A DNA stretch of 64,000 nucleotides from Bacilli bacterium (lineage in GTDB: Bacteria > Bacillota_I > Bacilli_A > RF39 > UBA660): NCBI GenBank assembly GCA_017409025.1, contig JAFQTN010000005.1, forward strand, positions 12,650 through 76,649, given 5' to 3'. The position numbers were made by a program, and so were the translations under genes. The notes beneath the pieces were generated by a model. It did not search any database. It was given only the letters and a program-made list of their open reading frames with translations, and was not told where the DNA came from. Positions 21,187 through 30,244 of this stretch are shown piece after piece. Every line of letters begins with the position of its first letter. Position 1 is the first letter of the stretch.

Positions 21187-22062
21187 ATGAAAAGCAAAGT
21201 ATATTTTACTAAAGAAATAACAAAAGAAGCAATAGTAAAAATGTATGAAATATTAAATAAAGAATTGAAAGGAAAAGTAGCTATAAAAGTTCATTCTGGA
21301 GAATTAGGAAACCAAAATTTTATCAAGCCAGAAATGTATAAAGATATCGTAGAAAAGTTAAATGCTACAATAATAGAATGTAACACTGCTTATGATGGAG
21401 CAAGAAATACTACAGAAAAACATCAAGAATTAATGAAAAAACATTGTTGGACCAATCACTACAATGTAGATATATTAGATTCTGAAGATCAAGATTTAGT
21501 ATTAGAAATAAAAGAAGGTAAAATAATAAAAAAGAACTATGTAGGTAAAAATATAAAAAAATATGATTCAATGTTAGTTATATCTCACTTCAAAGGACAC
21601 CCGATGGGCGGATATGGTGGTGCATTAAAACAACTATCCATCGGAGTAGCTTCCTCAAAAGGAAAAAGATATATCCATTGTGTAGGAAAAGAAAACGGAG
21701 CATATGAAGATATGTTTAAAGTAGACCAAAATAAATTTTTAGAAGCTATGGCAGATTCGGCAAAATCAGTAATTGATTATTTTAATAAAGAAATAATATA
21801 TATTAATATAATGTGTAATATGTCAGTTGATTGTGATTGCTGTGCTACAGCCAAAGATCCATGTATAAAAGATATTGGTATTCTTTCATCAACAGATCCT
21901 GTTGCTATAGATCAAGCTTGTATAGATTTAGTATATAATTCAGAAGAAGAAGGTAAAAAACATTTAATTGAAAGAATAGAATCTAGAAATGGTATCCATA
22001 CAATTGAATCTGCGGAAGCATTAAACATAGGCTCAAGAGAATATGAATTAATAGAAATATAA
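21187..22062 (+). CDS. DUF362-like protein
   Basis: An N-terminal KVYF...VAIKVHSGE pattern and a Cys cluster VDCDCCA. The family call is from memory only. Confidence 0.45.
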   Translation: MKSKVYFTKEITKEAIVKMYEILNKELKGKVAIKVHSGELGNQNFIKPEMYKDIVEKLNATIIECNTAYDGARNTTEKHQELMKKHCWTNHYNVDILDSEDQDLVLEIKEGKIIKKNYVGKNIKKYDSMLVISHFKGHPMGGYGGALKQLSIGVASSKGKRYIHCVGKENGAYEDMFKVDQNKFLEAMADSAKSVIDYFNKEIIYINIMCNMSVDCDCCATAKDPCIKDIGILSSTDPVAIDQACIDLVYNSEEEGKKHLIERIESRNGIHTIESAEALNIGSREYELIEI

Positions 22063-22089
22063 AAATGAAGTGAAATTCACTTCATTTTT
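22061..22089. terminator. Bidirectional terminator
   Basis: AAAAATGAAGTGAA / TTCACTTCATTTTT perfect hairpin between convergent genes. Confidence 0.75.
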
Positions 22090-22111
22090 ATATATTATAA
22101 GCGATGAAACG

Positions 22112-22987
22112 CTAAGCAGCAGGCCCGGTAGGACCTTGTGGAATGGTTAAGTTTAAAACAAAGTTTGGTGCAGTACCAGTAATAGTTGCAGCGGCTTCTG
22201 TTCCTGGATCACCAGTGGTAACGGTACCTATAGTTAAAGTAGGAGTTTCACCGTCAACTCCAGCAGGCCCAGTAGGTCCAGTAGGTCCGGTCGCGCCATC
22301 TACACCATCAATTCCAGCAGGCCCAGTAGGTCCGGTAGGTCCAGTCGCACCATCTACACCGTCAACTCCAGCAGGCCCGGTAGGTCCAGTTGGCCCGGTC
22401 GCGCCATCTACACCGTCAACTCCAGCAGGTCCGGTAGGTCCAGTAGGTCCAGTAGCGCCGTCTACACCATCAACACCAGCAGGTCCGGTAGGTCCAGTAG
22501 GTCCAGTAGCGCCGTCTACACCATCAACACCAGCAGGTCCGGTAGGTCCAGTTGGCCCGGTAGCACCATCTACACCATCAACACCAGCAGGTCCGGTAGG
22601 TCCAGTTGGCCCGGTAGCACCATCTACACCGTCAACTCCAGCAGGCCCAGTAGGTCCGGTAGGTCCAGTCGCACCATCTACACCATCAACTCCAGCAGGT
22701 CCAGTAGGTCCAGTCGGACCCTCGGGAATGACAAAATCTAAAACTAGATTAGCAGCAGTACCAACATTGGTAACAGTTGCTGCGGTGCCAGGATCTCCTG
22801 TAGTAGTAGTCCCAACAGCGATGGTAGTAGGTCCAGCAGGACCTGTAGGTCCGGTAGGTCCAGTGACTCCACCAGTGCCAGTCGGTCCAAAACAACAACT
22901 AGATAGTGGTCTATTCTTGCTATCTCTTCTTATAATTTCTAAAGCTCTTTCAAATCCGTTAGCATTATCCATATTATCAAAATTCAT
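22112..22987 (-). CDS. Collagen-like triple-helix repeat protein (BclA-like spore-surface candidate)
   Basis: About 52 consecutive G-X-Y triplets built from the 18-aa unit [18 protein letters not shown]. Strong RBS (AGGAGGTAAAAAAATG) on the minus strand and a terminator downstream. Confidence 0.9.
   Translation of the reverse strand: MNFDNMDNANGFERALEIIRRDSKNRPLSSCCFGPTGTGGVTGPTGPTGPAGPTTIAVGTTTTGDPGTAATVTNVGTAANLVLDFVIPEGPTGPTGPAGVDGVDGATGPTGPTGPAGVDGVDGATGPTGPTGPAGVDGVDGATGPTGPTGPAGVDGVDGATGPTGPTGPAGVDGVDGATGPTGPTGPAGVDGVDGATGPTGPTGPAGVDGVDGATGPTGPTGPAGIDGVDGATGPTGPTGPAGVDGETPTLTIGTVTTGDPGTEAAATITGTAPNFVLNLTIPQGPTGPAA
22247..22720. repeat. Tandem 54-bp repeat, about 8.7 copies, inside the collagen-like gene
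   Basis: Direct reading shows eight full [10 protein letters not shown](V/I)DGVDGAT units plus a partial one. The copies differ almost only at synonymous third positions. Confidence 0.95.
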
Positions 22988-23140
22988 TTTTTTACCTCCT
23001 AATATAATGTATGAATAATATAAAAAAATAATTAAGTGATATAACCAATAAAAAAGAAAAAAATATAATAATAGTTCTCTTCATTATTAACAAATATTAA
23101 TACTGAATAAACTATATACAGAGAAAGGGAAGGTGATAAA

Positions 23141-23950
23141 ATGGATTGTAGAGTATTAAAAAAAAGAAAGTGTATAATAACACAAGATTATACTAATAGT
23201 CACGCTGCAATTGATATGGTTGGGGATAATTACACATTAGATGATATAATAGCCCATAGTGATGGAATTATTGATATAATACAAGATGGATATGGAAATA
23301 TGAAAGGAAGTAGTGGTACACTTTCTTATGGCAATTACATAAAAATAAATCATCAAAATGGATATTATACTTTATATGCACATCTAAAAAACGGTCTAAA
23401 TCTAAAAAAGAATCAAAAAATTAATAAGGGTCAAATTATTGGATATATGTCAGATAGTGGTAATGCCTATGGAAAACATCTACATTTTGAGGTATGGAAA
23501 GAAAATAAAAGAATCAATCCAACAGAGTATCTGAATAAAGATTTGCCATTCGAAGAAATAAAACAACAATATCAAATAGGAGATATAGTAACAATAAATG
23601 GTGTATATGTATCTAGTAAGAGTCAAGAGAAATTAAGGCCATTAATAACTGAAGGAGAAATAACAAAAATTATAGAAAATGTTAGAAACCCATATTTGTT
23701 AGAAAATGGTAAAATAGGTTGGGTTAACAATGATGTAATAATATCAAAAAAAGAATATAAATATTTATCTAACGAAAATTACAAAGGAAATTCCATTGTT
23801 GATGCGCTAAATGAAATAAATATAAATAGTTCATATCAGTATAGAAAAAAATTAGCAAAAATTAATGATATTAATAATTATCAAGGAACAGCAGACCAAA
23901 ACCTATATCTGCTAAATCTTTTAAAACAAGGAAAGTTAAAATATGAATAA
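23141..23950 (+). CDS. M23 peptidase with SH3-like and C-terminal putative wall-binding domains; no signal peptide
   Basis: HAAIDM and HLHFEV M23 motifs. An SH3b-like YQIGDIVTINGVYV...GWVNNDVI segment. Confidence 0.75.
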   Translation: MDCRVLKKRKCIITQDYTNSHAAIDMVGDNYTLDDIIAHSDGIIDIIQDGYGNMKGSSGTLSYGNYIKINHQNGYYTLYAHLKNGLNLKKNQKINKGQIIGYMSDSGNAYGKHLHFEVWKENKRINPTEYLNKDLPFEEIKQQYQIGDIVTINGVYVSSKSQEKLRPLITEGEITKIIENVRNPYLLENGKIGWVNNDVIISKKEYKYLSNENYKGNSIVDALNEININSSYQYRKKLAKINDINNYQGTADQNLYLLNLLKQGKLKYE

Positions 23951-24039
23951 TAAAAACAATAAAAATACTAGTATAAATATTTAAATGTGATATAATATTA
24001 AATGACAAATATAATAATGATTTGTAGAAAGGAAACAAT

Positions 24040-24519
24040 ATGAAAAAAATTAAGAGTTTATTACTATTATTATTAGTAGGATTTGTAACTATATCACTAA
24101 CTGCATGTGGAGAAAAGAATGTAGAAGGTTCACTTGAAGAAATAATGACCAAAGTATATGCAGATTTAAATGATGATGAAAAACCAATGATGTTAGGAAA
24201 TATTGAAGTAAATGAAGAAATGGATAATGTTGAAAGTTTCATTGGAACAAAAGAAATTGAATATGAAGAAATATTAGCATCAGAATCAATGGTAGGTTCA
24301 ATCGCTCACTCAGTAGTTTTAGTAAGAATGAAAGATGGAGCAGATATTGAATCAGCAAAATCAAAAATCAAAGAAACAGTAAATCCTAGAAAATGGATTT
24401 GTGTAGGAGTAGAAAAAGAAGACGTAATAGTAAAGAATAAAGGGAACTTAATTATTCTTATTATGGTTGAAAATGAAACTACTAGAAACAAATTAGAACA
24501 AGGATTTGACAATCTATAA
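24040..24519 (+). CDS. Lipoprotein (DUF4358-like)
   Basis: Lipobox LTAC at the end of the signal peptide. Lies upstream of the MBOAT gene. Confidence 0.6.
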   Translation: MKKIKSLLLLLLVGFVTISLTACGEKNVEGSLEEIMTKVYADLNDDEKPMMLGNIEVNEEMDNVESFIGTKEIEYEEILASESMVGSIAHSVVLVRMKDGADIESAKSKIKETVNPRKWICVGVEKEDVIVKNKGNLIILIMVENETTRNKLEQGFDNL

Positions 24520-24556
24520 GTCTTCATTTGAAGACTTTTTATTTTAGAGGTGAAAT

Positions 24557-25936
24557 ATGATATTTTCAAGCATAACATTTATATATTATTTTCTACCAAT
24601 ATTATTAATTTTTTATTTCATAGTTCCTTTTAAATATAAAAATTTAATTCTATTAATATTTAGTTTACTTTTCTATTTCTTAGGAGAACCTAAATATATA
24701 TTAGTATTAATTTTATCTTGCATTATTAACTATACATTAAGTAAACAAATAGAAAAAGATAAACATTCAAAATTATATCTAATAATAGCATTAATCTATA
24801 ACATTGGAAGTCTTTTAATATTTAAGTATACAGATTTCTTTATAAGTAACATTAATAATATATTTAATACTAAAATTCCATTTATGTACATAATAATGCC
24901 TATAGGAATTAGTTTCTATACATTTCAAGCTGTTGGATATATTATAGATGTATATAGAAAAAAACATAAATCTGCTAAAAATATAATTGAGTTTATGACA
25001 TATCTTTGCCTTTTTCCTCAACTAATTGCAGGACCGATAGTAAGATATGCTGATGTAGAAAAGGAATTAAAAGAAAGAACTCATTCATTTGATAATTTTG
25101 CTGAAGGAATAAAAAGATTTGTTATAGGATTATCCAAAAAAGTATTGCTAGCTAATGTATTAGGTGAGTTTTCTAAACTATTAATAACAGAAACCATTGT
25201 ATCATCATGGTTAAAACCGATAGCTTATACACTACAAATATATTTCGATTTTAGTGGATATAGTGATATGGCAATAGGACTTGGATTAATGTTTGGATTT
25301 AAATTCCTAGAAAACTTTAATTATCCACTAATAGCATCATCTATAACAGATTTTTGGAGAAGATGGCATATATCATTATCTAGTTGGTTTAGAGACTATG
25401 TATATATTCCTTTAGGAGGAAATAGAGTAGGTAAAGTAAAATTAATTAGAAACATCTTTGCAGTATGGTTTTTAACAGGCTTTTGGCATGGAGCTAGTTG
25501 GAACTTTATCATCTGGGGATTATATTTTGGAATTATTCTAGTAATAGAAAAATTCTTTATAGGGAAATATATAGAAAAAACAAAAATATTTAAATATATA
25601 TACTCATTAGTAATAGTTATAATAAGTTTCTTAATATTTAATTCAAATACAACAAAAGATATTTTTATTAGTTTAAAGAATATGTTTGGCTTAAATAATC
25701 TCGAATTTATTAATGTGGAAACAATATATTACTTAAAAAGTTATTTAATTACTCTTGTTGTAGCTTCTATATCAGCTACCCCTCTCATAAAAAATATAAT
25801 ATCAAAAATTGAAAACAAAAATATAAAGAAAACAATATCTATATTAGAACCTGTCTTTTATATTATACTATTAATTCTATCAACAACGTTTTTAATAGAC
25901 GAATCATTCAATCCATTTTTATATTTTAGATTTTAG
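24557..25936 (+). CDS. MBOAT-family O-acyltransferase (AlgI/DltB-like)
   Basis: Polytopic protein with FWRRWHISLSSWFRDYVYIPLGGNR and the catalytic His region FLTGFWHGASW. Confidence 0.9.
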   Translation: MIFSSITFIYYFLPILLIFYFIVPFKYKNLILLIFSLLFYFLGEPKYILVLILSCIINYTLSKQIEKDKHSKLYLIIALIYNIGSLLIFKYTDFFISNINNIFNTKIPFMYIIMPIGISFYTFQAVGYIIDVYRKKHKSAKNIIEFMTYLCLFPQLIAGPIVRYADVEKELKERTHSFDNFAEGIKRFVIGLSKKVLLANVLGEFSKLLITETIVSSWLKPIAYTLQIYFDFSGYSDMAIGLGLMFGFKFLENFNYPLIASSITDFWRRWHISLSSWFRDYVYIPLGGNRVGKVKLIRNIFAVWFLTGFWHGASWNFIIWGLYFGIILVIEKFFIGKYIEKTKIFKYIYSLVIVIISFLIFNSNTTKDIFISLKNMFGLNNLEFINVETIYYLKSYLITLVVASISATPLIKNIISKIENKNIKKTISILEPVFYIILLILSTTFLIDESFNPFLYFRF

Positions 25937-25947
25937 GAGACACACAT

Positions 25948-27012
25948 ATGAAAAATAAAATACAAACAATTATTTTTATAGTATATATATTTATCTTCCC
26001 AATTTTAGGAATAGTCATTAAAGATAAAGAGATAAGTGTATCAGAAAGAAGAAAACTATCATCTTTTCCTGAATATACCCTAAATAGTGAATATATAAAT
26101 AAAATAGATAAATATCTATTAGATCATTTTCCTGGAAGAGATAACTTTAGAAGTCTCAAAGCAAATTTTAATTATAATATATTAAAAAAATTAGATAACA
26201 ATAATATTTATTTAAAAGATAACTATATCTTTAAATCTGAATATCCTACTAATAAAAGTTCTATATCAAAATTTATATCTAATATTAGTAAAGTAACTGA
26301 AAATTTAAATAAAGAAAACGATACATATATTATGATAATTCCCGATAAAAATTATTATCTAAAATCGAATGACTTTCTACATATAGATTATAATTATATA
26401 TATAATGGAATAAATAAATTAAATATTAAAGAAATAGATATTAGAAATGTTATGACACTAGAAGATTATTATGAAACAGATACTCATTGGAGACAAGAAA
26501 AACTAGATAAAGTAATATATCAAATGAGTAAAACTATGAATTTTAATTATCAAAAAATAGAATATCAAAAAAATATCTATAATGATTTCTATGGAGTATA
26601 TTATGGAGAATCAGCAATAAATAGAAATCCAGAAGATTTGATATATTTAACTAATGATAATCTAAATGAAATTTCTGTAAAATACTTAGAAAATAAAAAT
26701 CTAAAAACTATATATAATTTAGAAAATCTTACTAGTTTAGATAGCTATGAAGTATTCTTAGATGGTGCAAGTTCATATATAGAAATATACAATAACAATA
26801 GTCAATCAGATAAAGAATTAGTAATATTTAGAGATTCTTTTGCAAGTAGTATTACTCCATTATTAACCGAATACTACAAAAAGATAACTCTGATAGATAA
26901 TAGATATATAAGTAGTACCCAATACAATAATTTAATAGATTTTACTAATCAAGATATCTTATTTATGTATAGTACATTAATAGTAAATAATTCATCTACA
27001 TTGAAAGGCTAA
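25948..27012 (+). CDS. DHHW-family / AlgJ-like partner of MBOAT
   Basis: N-terminal anchor, a DTHW motif (ETDTHWRQE), and a position immediately downstream of the MBOAT gene. Confidence 0.65.
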   Translation: MKNKIQTIIFIVYIFIFPILGIVIKDKEISVSERRKLSSFPEYTLNSEYINKIDKYLLDHFPGRDNFRSLKANFNYNILKKLDNNNIYLKDNYIFKSEYPTNKSSISKFISNISKVTENLNKENDTYIMIIPDKNYYLKSNDFLHIDYNYIYNGINKLNIKEIDIRNVMTLEDYYETDTHWRQEKLDKVIYQMSKTMNFNYQKIEYQKNIYNDFYGVYYGESAINRNPEDLIYLTNDNLNEISVKYLENKNLKTIYNLENLTSLDSYEVFLDGASSYIEIYNNNSQSDKELVIFRDSFASSITPLLTEYYKKITLIDNRYISSTQYNNLIDFTNQDILFMYSTLIVNNSSTLKG

Positions 27013-27033
27013 TTCAAAAAGGAGTGATAATAA

Positions 27034-27654
27034 ATGAAAGCAATAACTATTGAAGATAATGAAAAATATTTAAGACAAATATCAGAAACAGTAGACATAA
27101 AAAATGATAAAGAAATAGAGAAAGATATAAAAGTTCTAGAAGAATTTTGTAAAGAAAACGAAGTAATGGCGATGGCAGCTATTCAATTAGGTATTCCTAA
27201 AAGAATAGTATATTTGAAAAACACCAACATCGATATCATCAATAAACTTCAAACAAATGAAGCAACAGAAAACGAAGAAAAATATAATGAATCAAGAGTA
27301 TTAATTAACCCAATCATTAAAAAAAGAGAAGGATTAACAGAATATTGGGAAGCTTGTGCTAGCTGCTTAGACAATTTTGGAAGAGTATTAAGACCATATA
27401 AAATATATTTAGAATATACAGATATTAATGGAAATAAACAAGAATCAACTTTTGAAGGATTTGAATCAACAGTACTATCACACGAAATGGATCACTTAGA
27501 TGGTATATTACACATGGACATAGCTGAAGAAGTAAAAATAATGAATAAAGAAGAAAGAAAAAAATGGAGACAACAAAACGGATATAAAATAATATCACAA
27601 ACTGGAGACTATAAAAAAGAAAAAATGTTATATAAACAGAAGGAGAATATTTAA
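27034..27654 (+). CDS. def: Peptide deformylase-like protein
   Basis: AAIQLGI and HEMDHLDG motifs. Motif 2 reads EACASC rather than EGCLS, and there is a long basic C-terminal tail. Confidence 0.75.
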   Translation: MKAITIEDNEKYLRQISETVDIKNDKEIEKDIKVLEEFCKENEVMAMAAIQLGIPKRIVYLKNTNIDIINKLQTNEATENEEKYNESRVLINPIIKKREGLTEYWEACASCLDNFGRVLRPYKIYLEYTDINGNKQESTFEGFESTVLSHEMDHLDGILHMDIAEEVKIMNKEERKKWRQQNGYKIISQTGDYKKEKMLYKQKENI

Positions 27655-27832
27655 AAATATTTCTCCGTTCTTTTATTATGACTCAATTAACAATAATATA
27701 GACGCCATCTTTTTGAATATTTGTCACTAAGAATATAAAAAAGTTATTGCAATCTAAGAAAATAAAAATTAAATGACAAAATAAAAAGTAAATTGAAAAG
27801 TTTTTACGAATAATACTATTGAAGGAGGAAAA

Positions 27833-28603
27833 ATGACTAACATAAGTGGAAAAGAAAATGAATACGAATTTGTAAAATATCTAAATGGAAAGAAGATATC
27901 AGAATTAAATCCTATGTTTAGGGGTTTTATAGATAAATTATTTCCTAATGAAACTAAAAATTCAACAATTAAATGTTGGAAAAATCACTACAAAGAGAAA
28001 GCAGATATATTTATTAAAATTAATGGATCAATGAAAGGCATAAGCATAAAGAAGGGAATAAAAAATTCAGTTCATGTAGAAAGAATATCGGATTTTATCC
28101 ATTTCTTAATAGAAAACAAAGTAGATAGAGAAGTGGTACTTGAATATTTAAAATATCAATATGCAGATGGTAGTACAAATGGCAAGGGAAATAAACGAAT
28201 ATCGGCGGAAGAATATAAAAAAGAAAATCAACACAATATTGATAAAATAAATCATGCTTTTAGAAACGAAAAGTTATTAAAAAGTGCTACAACTAGATTC
28301 ATTACTAAAGGAAAAAATTCAAACTATTATATTTCGGCTATAATTTATGGTGAAGTAAATGACTTTGTGTGGGCAACAAGAGAAGAAATAGAAAAAATAA
28401 TGTTATCAAAAAAAGATATTTATTCAAGTGCTGTACATTTTGGAGCAATGACATGCCAACCTAAAAATAGATGTTTAAACTATAATCCATTATATGAAAA
28501 AGATAGGTATTGTGTTCAAATCAAATGGTATAACATATTTGATGATATTATTGAGTATATGAACAAAACTGTTGACAAAGAATTTCGAAAACAAGAAGTT
28601 TAA
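27833..28603 (+). CDS. Hypothetical protein, possible PD-(D/E)xK nuclease (MspI/HpaII-like pattern)
   Basis: KADIFIKINGSMKGISIKKG gives D-x12-S-x-K, reminiscent of the MspI D...N-x-K site. AGGAGG RBS and its own terminator hairpin. No methyltransferase is nearby. Confidence 0.3.
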   Translation: MTNISGKENEYEFVKYLNGKKISELNPMFRGFIDKLFPNETKNSTIKCWKNHYKEKADIFIKINGSMKGISIKKGIKNSVHVERISDFIHFLIENKVDREVVLEYLKYQYADGSTNGKGNKRISAEEYKKENQHNIDKINHAFRNEKLLKSATTRFITKGKNSNYYISAIIYGEVNDFVWATREEIEKIMLSKKDIYSSAVHFGAMTCQPKNRCLNYNPLYEKDRYCVQIKWYNIFDDIIEYMNKTVDKEFRKQEV

Positions 28604-28642
28604 TGTAGAACTTCTTTTTAAATTGTAACAATAATCTATATA

Positions 28643-28671
28643 TCTTATCAAGCAGACCACATGGTTCGATT
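28643..28671 (+). pseudogene. tRNA-Gly fragment (anticodon-stem to T-loop), plus-strand orientation
   Basis: tcttatcaAGCaGACCACaTGGTTCGATT versus the intact tRNA-Gly sequence gccttccaAGCTGACCACGTGGGTTCGATT, about 22 of 30 identical. Confidence 0.45.
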
Positions 28672-28725
28672 AAATGACAAAGAAAAACTCACACCACTAA
28701 TCAAGTGTGTGAGTATTAATCTAAA

Positions 28726-28756
28726 TGGAGCGACTGCAGGTGATTTCCCGCACCCC
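28726..28756 (-). other. tRNA-3'-end-like remnant, copy A (...TCGCTCCA), with adjacent minus-strand terminator hairpin 28688-28713
   Basis: TGGAGCGACTGCAGGTGATTTCCCGCACCCC matches copy B at 29 of 31 positions. It shares only TGGAGCG with the intact tRNA-Gly. No 5' acceptor complement was found. Confidence 0.4.
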
Positions 28757-28792
28757 TTAAAAAAATAAAACCCTTATAAATAAAGGGGAAAC

Positions 28793-28809
28793 GGGTTAGA
28801 TTCCCATCA
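28793..28809 (+). pseudogene. tRNA-Gly T-arm/acceptor fragment, plus-strand orientation
   Basis: GGGTTAGATTCCCATCA versus GGGTTCGATTCCCATCA of the intact tRNA-Gly, 16 of 17 identical. Confidence 0.4.
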
Positions 28810-28918
28810 AAGGTTAACACTTTTTTGAACAAAATATTAATAAAAGTTATTTAAACTAATAATTAATAATGTAAATTTTATTTATTTTTAATCAACTTAT
28901 TTGAGATATTGAACAAAC

Positions 28919-29012
28919 CTACAAATTTACCACAAAACGACCACAAAAAGTCTACAAACAGACCACAATTTGTTTTATAAGAACCTCAAAATAATCTCAA
29001 AAAATCTCACAA
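28919..29012 (+). repeat. 11-bp phased C(C/T)ACAA / CTCAAA hexamer array upstream of the module-1 promoter
   Basis: Hexamers start at 28919, 28930, 28941, 28952, 28963, 28985, 28996 and 29007. All sit on one 11-bp lattice with a single empty slot at 28974. Confidence 0.8.
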
Positions 29013-29037
29013 AATTTCTTCGATCACCAACGTTAAT

Positions 29038-29066
29038 GTTTCAAACAAAGGTTTTTATGATATAAT
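29038..29066 (+). promoter_or_regulatory. Module-1 promoter (extended -10 TGATATAAT)
   Basis: TGaTATAAT at 29058-29066 and GTTTCA at the -35 distance. The block TTAATGTT(T/A)CAAACAA is conserved with module 2. Confidence 0.45.
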
Positions 29067-29090
29067 TTAGTTGAAAGGAGTGAATAAAAA

Positions 29091-29708
29091 GTGGAGAATC
29101 AAAAAAATAATAAAGGAGTAATAGCATTACTTATTGTAATAATTGTTATATTATCAGTTTTATGTGTACTATTTGCTACAGGAACAATAACTTTAAAATC
29201 TAATGACGTAGATAATAGTGGAACAAACGAAAATATTAATGATAATAACCAAACTAATGAAGAAAATAATGATGAAGAAAAAGAATCTAATTGGGTTGAT
29301 TATTTATTATCTCGTCATATACTTGATGCAAAGGTTTCAAGGATTAGAAGTAAAGACCTTGGAGATACAGAAGATTTTAGTAAAACAGAAACTATCACAA
29401 TGGATGAAGTTAACGAAATTTTATCAAATTTTAAAAATAGCAAATTAACTAAAACTTGGAGTCAAGGTAGAGGTGGACCAGATAAAGACCATTTAACTAT
29501 TGCTTACGAAAATAATGATCAAAAATATGAATTTGAAATTTATTATGGAACTATTGTTGTTGATAAATTAGACGATGAATTAAAAAACATTTTAGAACAA
29601 AATAAATATGATGAAAAAAATGCTGAATATAAAAATATGGAAGGTTCATTTTATTTCTATAGCATAGATAACTATAATGAAACTATTTTTGATAAATATT
29701 TTAATTAA
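29091..29708 (+). CDS. Module 1 gene A: type-II membrane-anchored protein, N/D-rich linker, unknown ectodomain
   Basis: GTG start after AAAGGAG. The first ~33 aa are nearly identical to 30588..31229, and the rest is unrelated. Confidence 0.7.
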   Translation: MENQKNNKGVIALLIVIIVILSVLCVLFATGTITLKSNDVDNSGTNENINDNNQTNEENNDEEKESNWVDYLLSRHILDAKVSRIRSKDLGDTEDFSKTETITMDEVNEILSNFKNSKLTKTWSQGRGGPDKDHLTIAYENNDQKYEFEIYYGTIVVDKLDDELKNILEQNKYDEKNAEYKNMEGSFYFYSIDNYNETIFDKYFN

Positions 29709-29810
29709 TTAGGTTTAACGAGAGAATTGCATCTCTCTTTTTATTTTTTACTGGATATTTACCAAATTATGCGGTATTGTTTGTGTGAAGTTAATATATA
29801 ACTTCAGGAG

Positions 29811-30185
29811 GTGAATATAATCAAAATAATATTTGTAGAAAGATTGTTGTTTGATAATGATGTAAAAGAATCATTAGAAAGGTCGTTTAAAAGAAGTGGA
29901 ATAAAGTTTACATATTATGATGGATATATTTTAAGATTTGAAAAAACTAATGTATATTCAATCACACCACATAGACTAGTTTTTAGTAAGAATGAATACA
30001 ATTTACTGGTGTTATATTATGATGAATATCATGAGACAGATGAACTATTCTTTGTAGATGGAGAAAAGTATACATTACAAGGGATTAAGAGATATGTTAG
30101 AAATTATTTTATAAGTAAAACTTCAAATAAACCTACAAAAGATAGTACAAAGAATAATACAAAAAGACCTAAGATAGGTCTATAG
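29811..30185 (+). CDS. Module 1 gene B: conserved 124-aa protein with a basic K/T/N-rich tail, unknown function
   Basis: GTG start after AGGAGG. 117 of 124 aa are identical to 31323..31697. Confidence 0.7.
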   Translation: MNIIKIIFVERLLFDNDVKESLERSFKRSGIKFTYYDGYILRFEKTNVYSITPHRLVFSKNEYNLLVLYYDEYHETDELFFVDGEKYTLQGIKRYVRNYFISKTSNKPTKDSTKNNTKRPKIGL

Positions 30186-30244
30186 ATGAAGTAGGGTTTG
30201 GGAATAAAAAAACTAGTGCTATTACACACTAGATCAATTACACA

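Noticed and set aside
22247-22720. Regular 54-bp repeats considered as a possible CRISPR array
   Set aside because: The repeats are contiguous with no unique spacers, lie in frame within a CDS, and encode a collagen motif. No cas genes are present in the window.
22143-23018. 291-aa plus-strand ORF (P/V/G/S-rich) mirroring the collagen-like gene
   Set aside because: It is an antisense artefact of the GC-rich triplet repeat. It has no RBS and no sensible protein pattern. The minus-strand frame has a perfect G-X-Y periodicity, a strong AGGAGG RBS and a downstream terminator.
28726-28756. The 31-nt TGGAGCGACTGC... element as a complete, functional tRNA or tmRNA gene
   Set aside because: No complementary 5' acceptor strand (GCGACTG) exists within 150 nt on the minus strand. 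The would-be T-stem does not pair, and only the ...TCGCTCCA tail looks tRNA-like. It is treated as a remnant or att-like element.
29218-29448. 76-aa alternative-frame ORF inside module-1 gene A
   Set aside because: It lies on the same strand in a different frame within the N/D-rich low-complexity part. It has no RBS and a K/I/M-rich nonsense-like composition.
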